From Eubacteriales bacterium (lineage in GTDB: Bacteria > Bacillota > Clostridia > Oscillospirales > CAG-272), in the NCBI GenBank assembly GCA_045645405.1, contig JAZRIQ010000004.1, forward strand, positions 5,817 through 69,816: DNA of 64,000 nt. The letters are read 5' to 3'. Of this stretch, positions 10,156 through 19,516 are shown piece after piece. Position 1 is the stretch's first letter, and every line of letters starts with the position of its first letter. The position numbers were made by a program, and so were the translations under genes. Under the pieces are notes generated by a model, which did no database searches, was not told the DNA's origin, and saw only the letters and a list, made by a program, of their open reading frames with translations.

Positions 10156-11480
10156 AAAAATTTTATATAATTTTGGCAGTTATATTTCTTTTTAATCCTA
10201 TTATTTCGGTAATAGACGTTTTTCCTGATTTTATAGCTTATCTGCTGTTTTTAAAGTTCTTTCATTCGATGTCGTATACAAATGATAAGGCTGAGGATTT
10301 GTGTAAGAGCATTAAAACGCTTTTAATAATTACAGGAGCAAAAATTATTTCATTTTTGCTCTTACCAACCTTGTCAAATCTTGATCAAGCAATGTATCTT
10401 GTCTTTTCTTTTGTTTTTGCTATTTTAGAGTGCGTTTACGGTATTCCTTTGATTTTGAAGATGTTTGATATTTATTCGGATATTGCTATGTATGAGGAAA
10501 AAGCTAATTACGCAAACAACGCGAAAATAAAAAAGTTTTCAATAGGCACTTATGTTGCCAGACTTGTTCTTGCTATGTTGCCGGATTTTACTTTTCTTTC
10601 CATCAACAATGGGGTAGACACACCTACCGGTATGGACTTATCTCAGTTTAGACCTCTTTTGTTTACCTTATCAGCTATAATTTCGATGGTGTTGGGGACT
10701 ATCTGGCTCATTTTCGTTATCAGGTATATAAATCGTCTTTTAACAAAAAGCACCTTACTGCTTTTAAAAAAGGATTATGAAAATAAAGCCATTGGAAGAG
10801 AACAGTTGTTTTTGTCAAAAGACAGTATGTTCTATTTGGCTGTATTATGTTTTGCTTCTGCTTTGGTTGTTGATTTTAATTTGAATCTTATCAACGTGTT
10901 TATTGATAGCATTTTTTCCGTAACTATTTGTGTTATACTTGTTTTAATGTCTGTAAAGGATTACTACAAGGAAAAATTTATGCTTGTGATAATAAGTATT
11001 TTATCAACAATCCACCTAAGTGTAGATATAGTGCTTACCGTGACCGCCGCAAAATTTTTTGAAAAATATAATTTAGACAGTATTCACAGAGTTTCTTTGG
11101 CAGAGGATATTTATATCAAAATGTGTATTTTAGCAATAGTATCGTCTGCTTTGTTTGTAGTGATAGTTTTCTTTACGTGCTTTTCACTTTATGTTAATGC
11201 AAAAAATACGCTTATGCGCAGCTCTATGCTTTTTGTGGACGCAAGCAGAGAAGCGTTAAAAGAGGAATTTAATAATGATATGAAACGCAACTTGATTTAT
11301 GTGTCGTTATTTTCTGTAATTTCTGCTGTTGCGTATTGCTGTTATATTGCGTTTAGACACGTTTTGCCTGTAACTACACTGTTTAACTCAATAGCCGAAA
11401 TAGCATTTATGTTTGCTTTCATCAAGGCTATGCTATACTTATACGATAACGTATATAAGCGAATTTTTACACATGCATAA
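10152..11480 (+). CDS. Hypothetical polytopic membrane protein (442 aa)
   Basis: ATGA overlap with the upstream ORF. About 10 or more hydrophobic segments. A terminator follows. Confidence 0.6.
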   Translation: MKKFYIILAVIFLFNPIISVIDVFPDFIAYLLFLKFFHSMSYTNDKAEDLCKSIKTLLIITGAKIISFLLLPTLSNLDQAMYLVFSFVFAILECVYGIPLILKMFDIYSDIAMYEEKANYANNAKIKKFSIGTYVARLVLAMLPDFTFLSINNGVDTPTGMDLSQFRPLLFTLSAIISMVLGTIWLIFVIRYINRLLTKSTLLLLKKDYENKAIGREQLFLSKDSMFYLAVLCFASALVVDFNLNLINVFIDSIFSVTICVILVLMSVKDYYKEKFMLVIISILSTIHLSVDIVLTVTAAKFFEKYNLDSIHRVSLAEDIYIKMCILAIVSSALFVVIVFFTCFSLYVNAKNTLMRSSMLFVDASREALKEEFNNDMKRNLIYVSLFSVISAVAYCCYIAFRHVLPVTTLFNSIAEIAFMFAFIKAMLYLYDNVYKRIFTHA

Positions 11481-11482
11481 AA

Positions 11483-11508
11483 ATGCTCTCTTTTGAGAGC
11501 GTTTTTTG
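11483..11508 (+). terminator. Rho-independent terminator
   Basis: GCTCTC/GAGAGC hairpin followed by TTTTTT. Confidence 0.7.
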
Positions 11509-11582
11509 TAAAACACTTGACAAATATGTAATACTGTACTAAAATTGTATCGAATTTAAATTTAACTTAAATCGAGGGCAAA

Positions 11583-12950
11583 ATGGCTCAAAAAATAGAT
11601 ATAATCAACGGTGGAATTGTAAAGAAAATTATAGCTTTCACAATTCCCATAATGCTACAAGGCATTTTACAGAATCTTTATAATTCTGCTGATCTTGTAG
11701 TTGTCGGACAATTCGCAGGAGATAACGCTTTATCATCGGTTGGAGCTACTACTACTATATTCGGAGTTATGCTTTCCTTGTTTTTGGGAATAACAACGGG
11801 TGTTGACGTAATATCATCTCTTTATTATGGCAGAGGAAGCCATTCGGACGTAAAAAAATCTATTGATACAGCAGTGATTTTGGCACCTGTTTTAGGAATA
11901 GTTTGCGCAATAATCGGCTTTTCTGTTGCAAGACCTGTGTTAGTGCTTATGCATACTCCTGAAGCGGGAGGAGTTTTAGACGGAGCAACTCTGTATCTTA
12001 AAATTTTAATGATAGGCGTGCCTTTTACCATATTGTTTAATTTCTGTTCTGCTATTTTCAGAACCTCCGGAGAAACAAGAAAACCTTTTATCTATCTTAT
12101 GATTTCCGGTTTGGTAAATGTTTCATTAAATTTGATTTTTGTAGCAATATTCAATATGGGGGTTGCAGGAGTTGCTATTGCAACGGTTATATCCCAAGTT
12201 CTTTCATCTTTACTGATTTTAGCGAATCTTATAAAAAATAAAGGATTGTTTTCCTTTAGCTTCAGAAAAATTGATTTTTCATGGAAAATCTTTGGGAAAA
12301 TGGTTTTGATAGGCTTGCCCGCGGGCATTCAAAGCTGTGCATTTAACGTATCTAACGCATTTTTACAGTCTGGAGTAAATACCTTTGGTAACGATGCTAT
12401 TGCGGGGAGCACCGCTGTTTCTACAATAGAAAATTTACTTTGGGTAACGCTAAATTCTTTTGTAAACGCTGCTACCACGTTTGTTAGTCAAAACGTAGGA
12501 GCAGGAAAGCTCGACAGAGCAAAAAAATCATGTATTTATACAATAGTGATGACTGCTGGTATAGGAGTTGTAATTGGCATTAGTGCATATCTTTGTGGCG
12601 ATATGTTATTGAAAATATTTATTGACAATAACGATTTAGCAATACAATATGGCAAAGATAGATATTCAATTACGTTTCCGGTTTACTTTTTGGCAGGTGT
12701 AATGGGAGTTTTGCCGGGAGCAATCCGTGGTTTTGGCTCAAGCTTACCGCCATCAATTATAACCATTATCGGCGCTTGCGGAGTTAGAATACTATGGATA
12801 TATACAGTATTCAAAATGTATCCAAGCTTAACTACCTTGTACCTTGTTCATCCGATTACATGGATAATTACCATAACTGCCTTATCAATAAACTTGGTTC
12901 TTGCGTATAAGAAAACAAAAAAGAGAATACAAAACAAAAAACTCGCTTAG
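11583..12950 (+). CDS. MATE family efflux transporter
   Basis: 12-TM layout. The N-terminal region IPIMLQGILQNLYNSADLVVVGQF is typical of the MATE/NorM family. Confidence 0.9.
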   Translation: MAQKIDIINGGIVKKIIAFTIPIMLQGILQNLYNSADLVVVGQFAGDNALSSVGATTTIFGVMLSLFLGITTGVDVISSLYYGRGSHSDVKKSIDTAVILAPVLGIVCAIIGFSVARPVLVLMHTPEAGGVLDGATLYLKILMIGVPFTILFNFCSAIFRTSGETRKPFIYLMISGLVNVSLNLIFVAIFNMGVAGVAIATVISQVLSSLLILANLIKNKGLFSFSFRKIDFSWKIFGKMVLIGLPAGIQSCAFNVSNAFLQSGVNTFGNDAIAGSTAVSTIENLLWVTLNSFVNAATTFVSQNVGAGKLDRAKKSCIYTIVMTAGIGVVIGISAYLCGDMLLKIFIDNNDLAIQYGKDRYSITFPVYFLAGVMGVLPGAIRGFGSSLPPSIITIIGACGVRILWIYTVFKMYPSLTTLYLVHPITWIITITALSINLVLAYKKTKKRIQNKKLA

Positions 12951-12962
12951 GCGAGTTTTTGT
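12936..12962 (+). terminator. Rho-independent terminator overlapping the MATE stop codon
   Basis: AAAAACTCGC/GCGAGTTTTT hairpin with the TAG stop in the loop. Confidence 0.7.
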
Positions 12963-13027
12963 CATATAATTTTATTGCTGTGTTTTCTAAACTTGGTTTA
13001 ATTTTAAATTTCATAACGGTAAGATTA

Positions 13028-13066
13028 CTTTGAAAATAGAAAATCCATCCGAGGTGTTCGGATGGA
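13028..13066 (-). terminator. Rho-independent terminator of the tRNA gene
   Basis: TCCATCCGA/TCGGATGGA hairpin, followed on the minus strand by TTTTCTATTTT. Confidence 0.6.
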
Positions 13067-13073
13067 AATACTA

Positions 13074-13150
13074 TGGTGGACCAACAGGGACTCGAACCCC
13101 GGACCGACCGGTTATGAGCCGGTTGCTCTAACCAACTGAGCTATTGGTCC
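13074..13150 (-). tRNA. tRNA with CAU anticodon, elongator type (Met, or Ile2 if lysidine-modified); encoded CCA
   Basis: The reverse complement GGACCAATAGCTCAGTTGGTTAGAGCAACCGGCTCATAACCGGTCGGTCCGGGGTTCGAGTCCCTGTTGGTCCACCA folds as a cloverleaf. The anticodon loop is CTCATAA. It lacks the initiator features (1:72 mismatch, 3 GC pairs in the anticodon stem). Confidence 0.9.
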
Positions 13151-13172
13151 ATACTGATTTGCGTACTGTTGT

Positions 13173-13201
13173 ATTATACACATTTGCTTCCGTTTTGTCA
13201 A
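13173..13201 (-). promoter_or_regulatory. Consensus sigma-A promoter for the tRNA gene
   Basis: The minus strand reads TTGACA, a 17-nt spacer, then TATAAT with an upstream TG, about 20 nt ahead of the mature 5' end. Confidence 0.65.
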
Positions 13202-13313
13202 GATGTTTTTTGAAAATTTTCGAAAAAATTTTTTGACAAATACATGTATAAAAATTGACAAAAAATCTAATGTATGCTATCATATATTTAAATATTCAAA
13301 AGGAGCAGAAAAT

Positions 13314-15272
13314 ATGAATAAATTTTACATAGGCGCAGCTTACTATCCGGAGCTTTGGGACAAAAGCGAAATAGATAAAGATATCGAGCTAATGAAGGAA
13401 TACGGTATGAACTGTATGCGTATTGGCGAGTTTGCTTGGAGTAATATGGAAGCAAACGAGGGCGAATATACGTTTGATTTTTTGAAATATACAGTTGATA
13501 AGCTTTACGAAAACGGTATTTATTCAATAATGTGTACACCGTCCTGCACTCCGCCAAGATGGGTATTTGAAAAATATCCTGACGCTATGCGTGTGAAATC
13601 TAAAGATTATATTGAATATCAGGAAAAGGTACATGCAAGAGTGCATCCATGTAAATCTCATGAAGGAATGAGAGAATTAAATGTAAAAATTGCAAAGGAA
13701 ATGGCTAAGGTATTTGGAAACCATCCAGGTGTCATCGGTTGGCAAATTGATAACGAGGTTCATCCTTATGACCATGGCTGCTATTGTGAAAAATGCAAGA
13801 CCAATTTCAGAAAGCACTTAAACAAAAAATATAATGGCGATATAATTGCTTTAAACAAAGCGTGGGGAGCATATCGTTGGTCACTTGAATATAAAAGCTT
13901 TGACCAGATTGAACCACCGGTACTTTGGGCTTGGGAAAATCCAAGCTTGGTAGTTGAATGGGTGGAATTCAACGAGGAGCTAATTTGCTCTTACGTACAT
14001 GAGCAAGCAGAAGCTTTAAGAGAGTACACAAAAGCACCAATAGGCACGGACCTTATGATTGACAACTATTTAAGCTACAACAAAATGAACAAAAAGCTTG
14101 ATGTAGTTCAACATAATCATTATCACACTACCGACAATCTTTATCGTTCCTTATTTAATTACGACTTTTATCGTCCGTTAAAGGACAGACCGTTCTGGGT
14201 AACTGAAACGCTACTTGGTTGGAATGGCTCAACTTATGCTGCAAATGGCTATAGACCAAAAGAGTACAGCTACGTAAATTCACTTTTGTCAATTGCACAC
14301 GGCTCTGAAATGAATTTGTACTGGCTGTTCCGCGCACATCCAAACGGTCACGAATTAGGACACGGCGCCTTCTTAAATTCAAGCGGCAGACCTAATCCTG
14401 CTTCCCGTGGTGTTAAAATGTTAGCTGAAACCTTAACAAAAGCAGAGGACTTTTTAGTTAATTCCAAGCCGAAATCTAAAATTGCTATGACATATTCCTC
14501 AAATTCTATTAAAATTTTCTTCTGGGCACCTCTTGTTGAGGAAATGGAAAAAGACGTAAGAGCCAAATATATCGACCTGTGCCATAACTATTTCAGACAT
14601 TACAATATAGATGTCATTGAAACAGATAAGGATTTAAGTGAGTACGAGGTTATTGTTTCTCCGTTCCTTCCGAACGCCGCTCGTGATGGATTCGAAAAGA
14701 GAATAGTTGAATGGATAAATAACGGTGGTACTTGGATTGTAGGTCCTCATACCGATATAATGACAGAGTGTGCTTCGAAATATACGGATAAGCCATATTC
14801 ATTTATTGAAGATCTTAGCGGAGTTTACACTAAATATCAGTTACCAATTACCGATAAAAACATCAAGGTTAAATGGAATGATGGCGAAGAAATTCAATTT
14901 TCTCTTGGCACAGACGCTTATGAGATAGTTGACGCAGAAAGCCTCGCAACCTATGAAAGCGATGAACTTGAAAATCTTACAGCAATAGCAAAGCGTAAGG
15001 TAGGCAAGGGTCAAATTATTATTGTCGGCACAGCTATTGACCAAAAATCTATGCTTAAACTTGTTGACAGAAAGCCTATTTGTGAAGCCTCAAGTAATAT
15101 TGATTTAGTTGAAAGATTTGGTGCACAAAACGGTATTATCGCTACCGATATTGAAGGAAAAGAGGGTTATATTGTTCTTGAAAAAGAGTATTATGACATT
15201 CTTAATGAAAAAGTTGTATCGGGAAGAATAGATATTAAACCGTATGATGCTTTGATTTTAAAGGAAATATAA
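13314..15272 (+). CDS. GH42 beta-galactosidase
   Basis: The ATG at 13314 after AAGGAG gives MNKFYIGAAYYPELW. Also GWQIDNEV (acid/base region), the Cys cluster HGCYCEKC, and a trimerisation-domain-like middle part. Confidence 0.9.
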   Translation: MNKFYIGAAYYPELWDKSEIDKDIELMKEYGMNCMRIGEFAWSNMEANEGEYTFDFLKYTVDKLYENGIYSIMCTPSCTPPRWVFEKYPDAMRVKSKDYIEYQEKVHARVHPCKSHEGMRELNVKIAKEMAKVFGNHPGVIGWQIDNEVHPYDHGCYCEKCKTNFRKHLNKKYNGDIIALNKAWGAYRWSLEYKSFDQIEPPVLWAWENPSLVVEWVEFNEELICSYVHEQAEALREYTKAPIGTDLMIDNYLSYNKMNKKLDVVQHNHYHTTDNLYRSLFNYDFYRPLKDRPFWVTETLLGWNGSTYAANGYRPKEYSYVNSLLSIAHGSEMNLYWLFRAHPNGHELGHGAFLNSSGRPNPASRGVKMLAETLTKAEDFLVNSKPKSKIAMTYSSNSIKIFFWAPLVEEMEKDVRAKYIDLCHNYFRHYNIDVIETDKDLSEYEVIVSPFLPNAARDGFEKRIVEWINNGGTWIVGPHTDIMTECASKYTDKPYSFIEDLSGVYTKYQLPITDKNIKVKWNDGEEIQFSLGTDAYEIVDAESLATYESDELENLTAIAKRKVGKGQIIIVGTAIDQKSMLKLVDRKPICEASSNIDLVERFGAQNGIIATDIEGKEGYIVLEKEYYDILNEKVVSGRIDIKPYDALILKEI

Positions 15273-15273
15273 G

Positions 15274-15912
15274 ATGAATACTTGTTATATCGTTTGTGCA
15301 TTAGATTGCAAACTTGATTTTAAACCTGATGAAAACGACCTTGTAATTGGTGCGGATAGAGGATATTTGACACTTGCCAAAAATCGAATTGAACCAGATA
15401 TTGCTGTAGGTGATTTTGATTCTTATACCGGAAAAATACAATGCGAAAACATAATTAAATACCCCGTAAAAAAGGACTTTACCGATAGTTATTTGGCAAT
15501 AGAAAAAGCCATTTCAATGGGATATAAAAAAATCGTAGTGTACGGTGCAATCGGAGGTTTTCTCGACCATACTTTAGCGAATATTGCACTTCTTTCAGAA
15601 TACACAAAAAAAGGTTTTGAAATATCTTTTGTTGACGGTGATAATGTTGTTTTTGCTTTGTATAATGATAAAGTTACTTTTTCAAAAAAAGCAAGTGGAA
15701 GAATTTCTGTTTTTTCATATACGGACATATCTAATGGTGTTTGTGAAAAAGGTTTATTGTACGAGCTTGATAACGCAACCTTGCAAAATAATATACCTTT
15801 AGGTGTAAGCAATGAATTCATTGGAAAAAAATCTGTTATTTCAGTTAAAGACGGAATCTTGATAATTTATTCTTCAAAAGAAAATTACGAAAAGTACTTG
15901 ACAAGACAGTAA
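15274..15912 (+). CDS. thiN: Thiamine diphosphokinase
   Basis: VIGADRG and GDFDS motifs, and a C-terminal B1-binding-like domain. Starts 1 nt after the GH42 stop. Confidence 0.85.
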   Translation: MNTCYIVCALDCKLDFKPDENDLVIGADRGYLTLAKNRIEPDIAVGDFDSYTGKIQCENIIKYPVKKDFTDSYLAIEKAISMGYKKIVVYGAIGGFLDHTLANIALLSEYTKKGFEISFVDGDNVVFALYNDKVTFSKKASGRISVFSYTDISNGVCEKGLLYELDNATLQNNIPLGVSNEFIGKKSVISVKDGILIIYSSKENYEKYLTRQ

Positions 15913-15939
15913 TTTGGTGCTAATATATGTCCATACCAC

Positions 15940-16035
15940 ACAACTAAATATTCAGGGGTGCTGAAAGGCTGAGATGGAAATTTCCAAACCCTATAACCTG
16001 ATACGGATAATGCCGGCGTAGGAAGTTAATATTTT
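15940..16035 (+). promoter_or_regulatory. TPP (THI-box) riboswitch aptamer
   Basis: AGGGGTGC..CTGAGA..ACCC..ACCTGATACGGATAATGCCGGCGTAGGAA matches the conserved THI element core. Confidence 0.9.
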
Positions 16036-16070
16036 ATGTTAAATTTGAGCTAATCATATTTAAATACTTT

Positions 16071-16108
16071 TTACCACACGGATATTTTCTGTGTGGTAAA
16101 TTTTATTT
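16071..16108 (+). terminator. Riboswitch expression-platform terminator
   Basis: TTACCACACGGA/TCTGTGTGGTAA hairpin followed by TTTTATTT, immediately before the thiT RBS. Confidence 0.75.
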
Positions 16109-16120
16109 AAGGAGTTCAAA

Positions 16121-16738
16121 ATGAACAAAAATTCAACAAACACAAAAATTTTATGCGAATGTGCAATAATGCTTGCAATGTCAATAGCATTAAGCTTTTT
16201 CAAAATTACTCCGGGCACCTTTGGTGGCTCAATTACACCCGCTAGTATGCTTCCCGTACTATTTGTAGGATTACGACATGGTTCTAAATGGGGATTTGGT
16301 ACTGCGTTTGTATTTTCAATTTATCAATTATTAGACGGTTTAAGTTATTTTTCATATATTAACGGAATTGGACCATATTTAATTTGTTTGATATTTGACT
16401 TTGTTTTAGCTTTTACTGTTCTTGGAATTACATCATTTGCAAGACCTAAATTAGAAAATAGCGAGGAAGCAAAATACAATCTAAACAAGGATGAAAAGAG
16501 GTACAGTGTAACAAAAATTTTAATATTTATGGCGATAGCTATGGTACTAAGATTTTTATGCCATTTTGTTTCTGGAATTACAATTTGGAGAAGCTTTGAT
16601 GTTTATAACAATCCATGGATTTACTCTCTTGTTTATAATGTTGTTTATATGCTTCCCGAAATGCTTATTTGTTTAGGTGCAGCTGGCTTATTGTTTTCAA
16701 CCAAAAAATCAAGAGAATTTTTACTTTCAAATCAATAA
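16121..16738 (+). CDS. thiT: ECF-transporter thiamine S-component ThiT
   Basis: Six-TM small protein downstream of the TPP riboswitch. The CHFVSGITIW region resembles the ThiT signature. Confidence 0.8.
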   Translation: MNKNSTNTKILCECAIMLAMSIALSFFKITPGTFGGSITPASMLPVLFVGLRHGSKWGFGTAFVFSIYQLLDGLSYFSYINGIGPYLICLIFDFVLAFTVLGITSFARPKLENSEEAKYNLNKDEKRYSVTKILIFMAIAMVLRFLCHFVSGITIWRSFDVYNNPWIYSLVYNVVYMLPEMLICLGAAGLLFSTKKSREFLLSNQ

Positions 16739-16745
16739 TTATCCG

Positions 16746-16775
16746 CCGCACTTTGAAAGAAGTGCGGTATTTTTA
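16746..16775 (+). terminator. Rho-independent terminator
   Basis: CCGCACTT/AAGTGCGG hairpin followed by a T-run. Confidence 0.7.
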
Positions 16776-16832
16776 TTGACTTTGTTTCAAAAAAATAGTA
16801 AAATGTAGGTATAAAATATTTTGAGGTGAATT

Positions 16833-17573
16833 ATGGATATTATTGCAGAATACCGGTATGACGGAATGAAGCATATTGAATTTAAGTTTAAAAACAAAAC
16901 ATGCATTGCTTTAATGAATGAGGATGAAAGCAAAAGAAATGGTAAAACCGTTTTTAAAACTGAATATTTTGGTGCATTTCCCGATTTACAAAATGAAATG
17001 GTTAGAAGAGGCTACACTCTGATTTTTATTGAAAATCGCAACCGTTGGGGAACACCCGATCAGCTAGATGACCAATACGAATTTATTAAATATGCTTCAA
17101 AGGAATTTGGAATTTCAAGCAAGGTTATAACTATTGGAATGAGTTGCGGTGGAATGATGTCAATATATCTTGCCGCTAATCACCCTGAATGTATTGAGGC
17201 ATTGTATATTGACGCTCCCGTAATGAATTTTTTGTCGTGTCCTGCAAGATTTGGAAATGCGCCGGATGTACACGAAGGAATGTGGACGGAATTTGAAAAT
17301 GCGTGGAAAATGACAAAAAGTGAGCTTTTACTCTTTAGAAAACATCCCGTTGATAGAATTAACGATCTTGTTGAAAACAAAATCAAAATTTATATGGCAT
17401 ACGGAGATAGCGACAAAACTGTACCTTATAAAGAAAACGGTATAGCTCTTGAAAGAATATACAAAGAATCCGGACTTGAAAGTCTATTGTATATTGATAA
17501 AAAAATTGGTATTGACCACCATCCGCACGGTCCAACAAGTATAGATTTGGCAATAAAATTTCTTGAAAACTGA
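16833..17573 (+). CDS. Alpha/beta hydrolase family protein
   Basis: GMSCGG nucleophile elbow (GxSxG), later Asp and His regions (YGDSD, DHHPHG). Confidence 0.6.
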   Translation: MDIIAEYRYDGMKHIEFKFKNKTCIALMNEDESKRNGKTVFKTEYFGAFPDLQNEMVRRGYTLIFIENRNRWGTPDQLDDQYEFIKYASKEFGISSKVITIGMSCGGMMSIYLAANHPECIEALYIDAPVMNFLSCPARFGNAPDVHEGMWTEFENAWKMTKSELLLFRKHPVDRINDLVENKIKIYMAYGDSDKTVPYKENGIALERIYKESGLESLLYIDKKIGIDHHPHGPTSIDLAIKFLEN

Positions 17574-17679
17574 TATTTTTCTTAAATTGTGGCATTTAAT
17601 GCTAAATTATACTTGATTTTAGTAAACAACAATATTATAATATAACTGTACAATTTTACTTATAAAAGGGGAAACTAAA

Positions 17680-19476
17680 ATGGCAGAAAACAGACTTATC
17701 GGTGATTATCCAGTAATCGGCATCCGCCCTACAATTGACGGAAGACGTGGACCTTTAAAGGTTAGAGAATCACTTGAAGTACAAACAATGAATATGGCAA
17801 AGGCAGCGGCAAAGCTTTTTGAAGAAAACTTAAAGTATTCAAACGGTGAACCTGTAAAGGTTGTTATCGCCGATACTACAATCGGTAGAGTGGCAGAGGC
17901 CGCAGCTTGTGCATCTAAGTTTAAAAAAGAGGGCGTTGACATTACTCTTACAGTAACACCGTGCTGGTGCTACGGTTCTGAAACAATGGATATGGATCCA
18001 ATGACAATAAAGGGCGTATGGGGCTTTAACGGCACTGAAAGACCTGGTGCTGTATATCTTGCAGCAGTTCTTGCTTCCCATGCTCAAAAGGGACTTCCTG
18101 CATTTGGTATCTACGGTCACGACGTTCAAAATATGGACGAATCCGATAAGATTCCTGAAGACGTAGCTGAAAAGCTTCTTCGTTTTGGTCGTGCAGCAGT
18201 TGCAGCCGCTACAATGAGAGGTAAATCATATCTCCAAATCGGCTCTATCTGCATGGGTATTGGTGGTTCAATCATTGACTGCAATTTTATTGAAGAATAT
18301 CTCGGTATGAGAGTTGAGTCAGTTGATGAGGTAGAAATCATCAGAAGAATGACTGAGGGCATCTATGACAAGGAAGAGTTTGAAAAGGCTCTTGCTTGGA
18401 CAAAAGCAAATTGCATTGAAGGCTTTGACAAGAACCCTGAGGATATGCAAAGAACAAGAGAAGAAAAGGATGCTGACTGGGAATTTGTTGTTAAGATGAT
18501 GTGTATCATCAAAGACTTAATGAACGGTAACAAAAACTTACCTGAAGGCTGTGAAGAGGAAAGCGTTGGTCATAATGCTATTTGCGCAGGATTCCAAGGT
18601 CAAAGACAATGGACTGACTTCTATCCTAACTGTGACTTCCCTGAATCAATGCTCAATACTTCATTTGACTGGAATGGCGCAAGAGAGCCTTATATTTTAG
18701 CTACTGAAAATGACGTTTTAAACGGTTTGGGTATGCTATTTATGAAGTTGCTTACAAACAGACCTCAAATGTTTGCAGACGTAAGAACATATTGGAGTCC
18801 CGAAGCGGTTAAGAGAGCAACAGGTTATGATATTGAGGGCGTTGCAAAGGAAGCAGGTGGATTTATTCACCTTATCAACTCAGGTGCATGCTGTCTTGAT
18901 GCTAATGCTGAGGCTAAAGATGAAAACGGCAATGCAGTAATGAAGCCTTGGTATGAAATCACTAAAGAAGATCAAGACAATATTATGAAAAACACCACAT
19001 GGAATTACGCTGATCTTGGATATTTCCGTGGTGGCGGATATTCTTCAAGATTTGAGGCAAAAGCTCAAATGCCTGCAACAATGATTAGACTTAACCTTGT
19101 TAAGGGCTTAGGTCCTGTTCTTCAAATTGCAGAAGGATGGACAGTTGGACTTCCTGAAAATGTTTCTGATGCACTTTGGAAGAGAACTGACTATACATGG
19201 CCATGCACTTGGTTTGCACCAAGAGTAACGGGCGAAGGTGCATTTAAGACAGCTTATGACGTAATGAATAACTGGGGTGCTAACCACGGTGCCATAAGCT
19301 ACGGTCATATTGGTGCTGACCTTATCACACTTTGCTCAATTCTTAGAATTCCTGTATGTATGCATAATGTACCGGAGGATAAAATTTTCCGTCCTGCCGC
19401 TTGGAACGCATTTGGTATGGATAAGGAAGGGCAGGACTACCGTGCTTGTGCTACGTATGGTCCTATGTACAAATAA
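17680..19476 (+). CDS. fucI: L-fucose isomerase
   Basis: 598 aa. N-terminal region [33 protein letters not shown] is typical of FucI. Confidence 0.88.
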   Translation: MAENRLIGDYPVIGIRPTIDGRRGPLKVRESLEVQTMNMAKAAAKLFEENLKYSNGEPVKVVIADTTIGRVAEAAACASKFKKEGVDITLTVTPCWCYGSETMDMDPMTIKGVWGFNGTERPGAVYLAAVLASHAQKGLPAFGIYGHDVQNMDESDKIPEDVAEKLLRFGRAAVAAATMRGKSYLQIGSICMGIGGSIIDCNFIEEYLGMRVESVDEVEIIRRMTEGIYDKEEFEKALAWTKANCIEGFDKNPEDMQRTREEKDADWEFVVKMMCIIKDLMNGNKNLPEGCEEESVGHNAICAGFQGQRQWTDFYPNCDFPESMLNTSFDWNGAREPYILATENDVLNGLGMLFMKLLTNRPQMFADVRTYWSPEAVKRATGYDIEGVAKEAGGFIHLINSGACCLDANAEAKDENGNAVMKPWYEITKEDQDNIMKNTTWNYADLGYFRGGGYSSRFEAKAQMPATMIRLNLVKGLGPVLQIAEGWTVGLPENVSDALWKRTDYTWPCTWFAPRVTGEGAFKTAYDVMNNWGANHGAISYGHIGADLITLCSILRIPVCMHNVPEDKIFRPAAWNAFGMDKEGQDYRACATYGPMYK

Positions 19477-19516
19477 TAATTGTACCATTTAAAATATTTG
19501 TTTAGAGGTTAGAGAA

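Noticed and set aside
12951-13313. The tRNA(CAU) gene as a possible integration hotspot or island border
   Set aside because: I saw no duplicated tRNA 3'-end fragment, integrase or compositional shift on either side. The flanking genes (MATE pump, GH42) look native.
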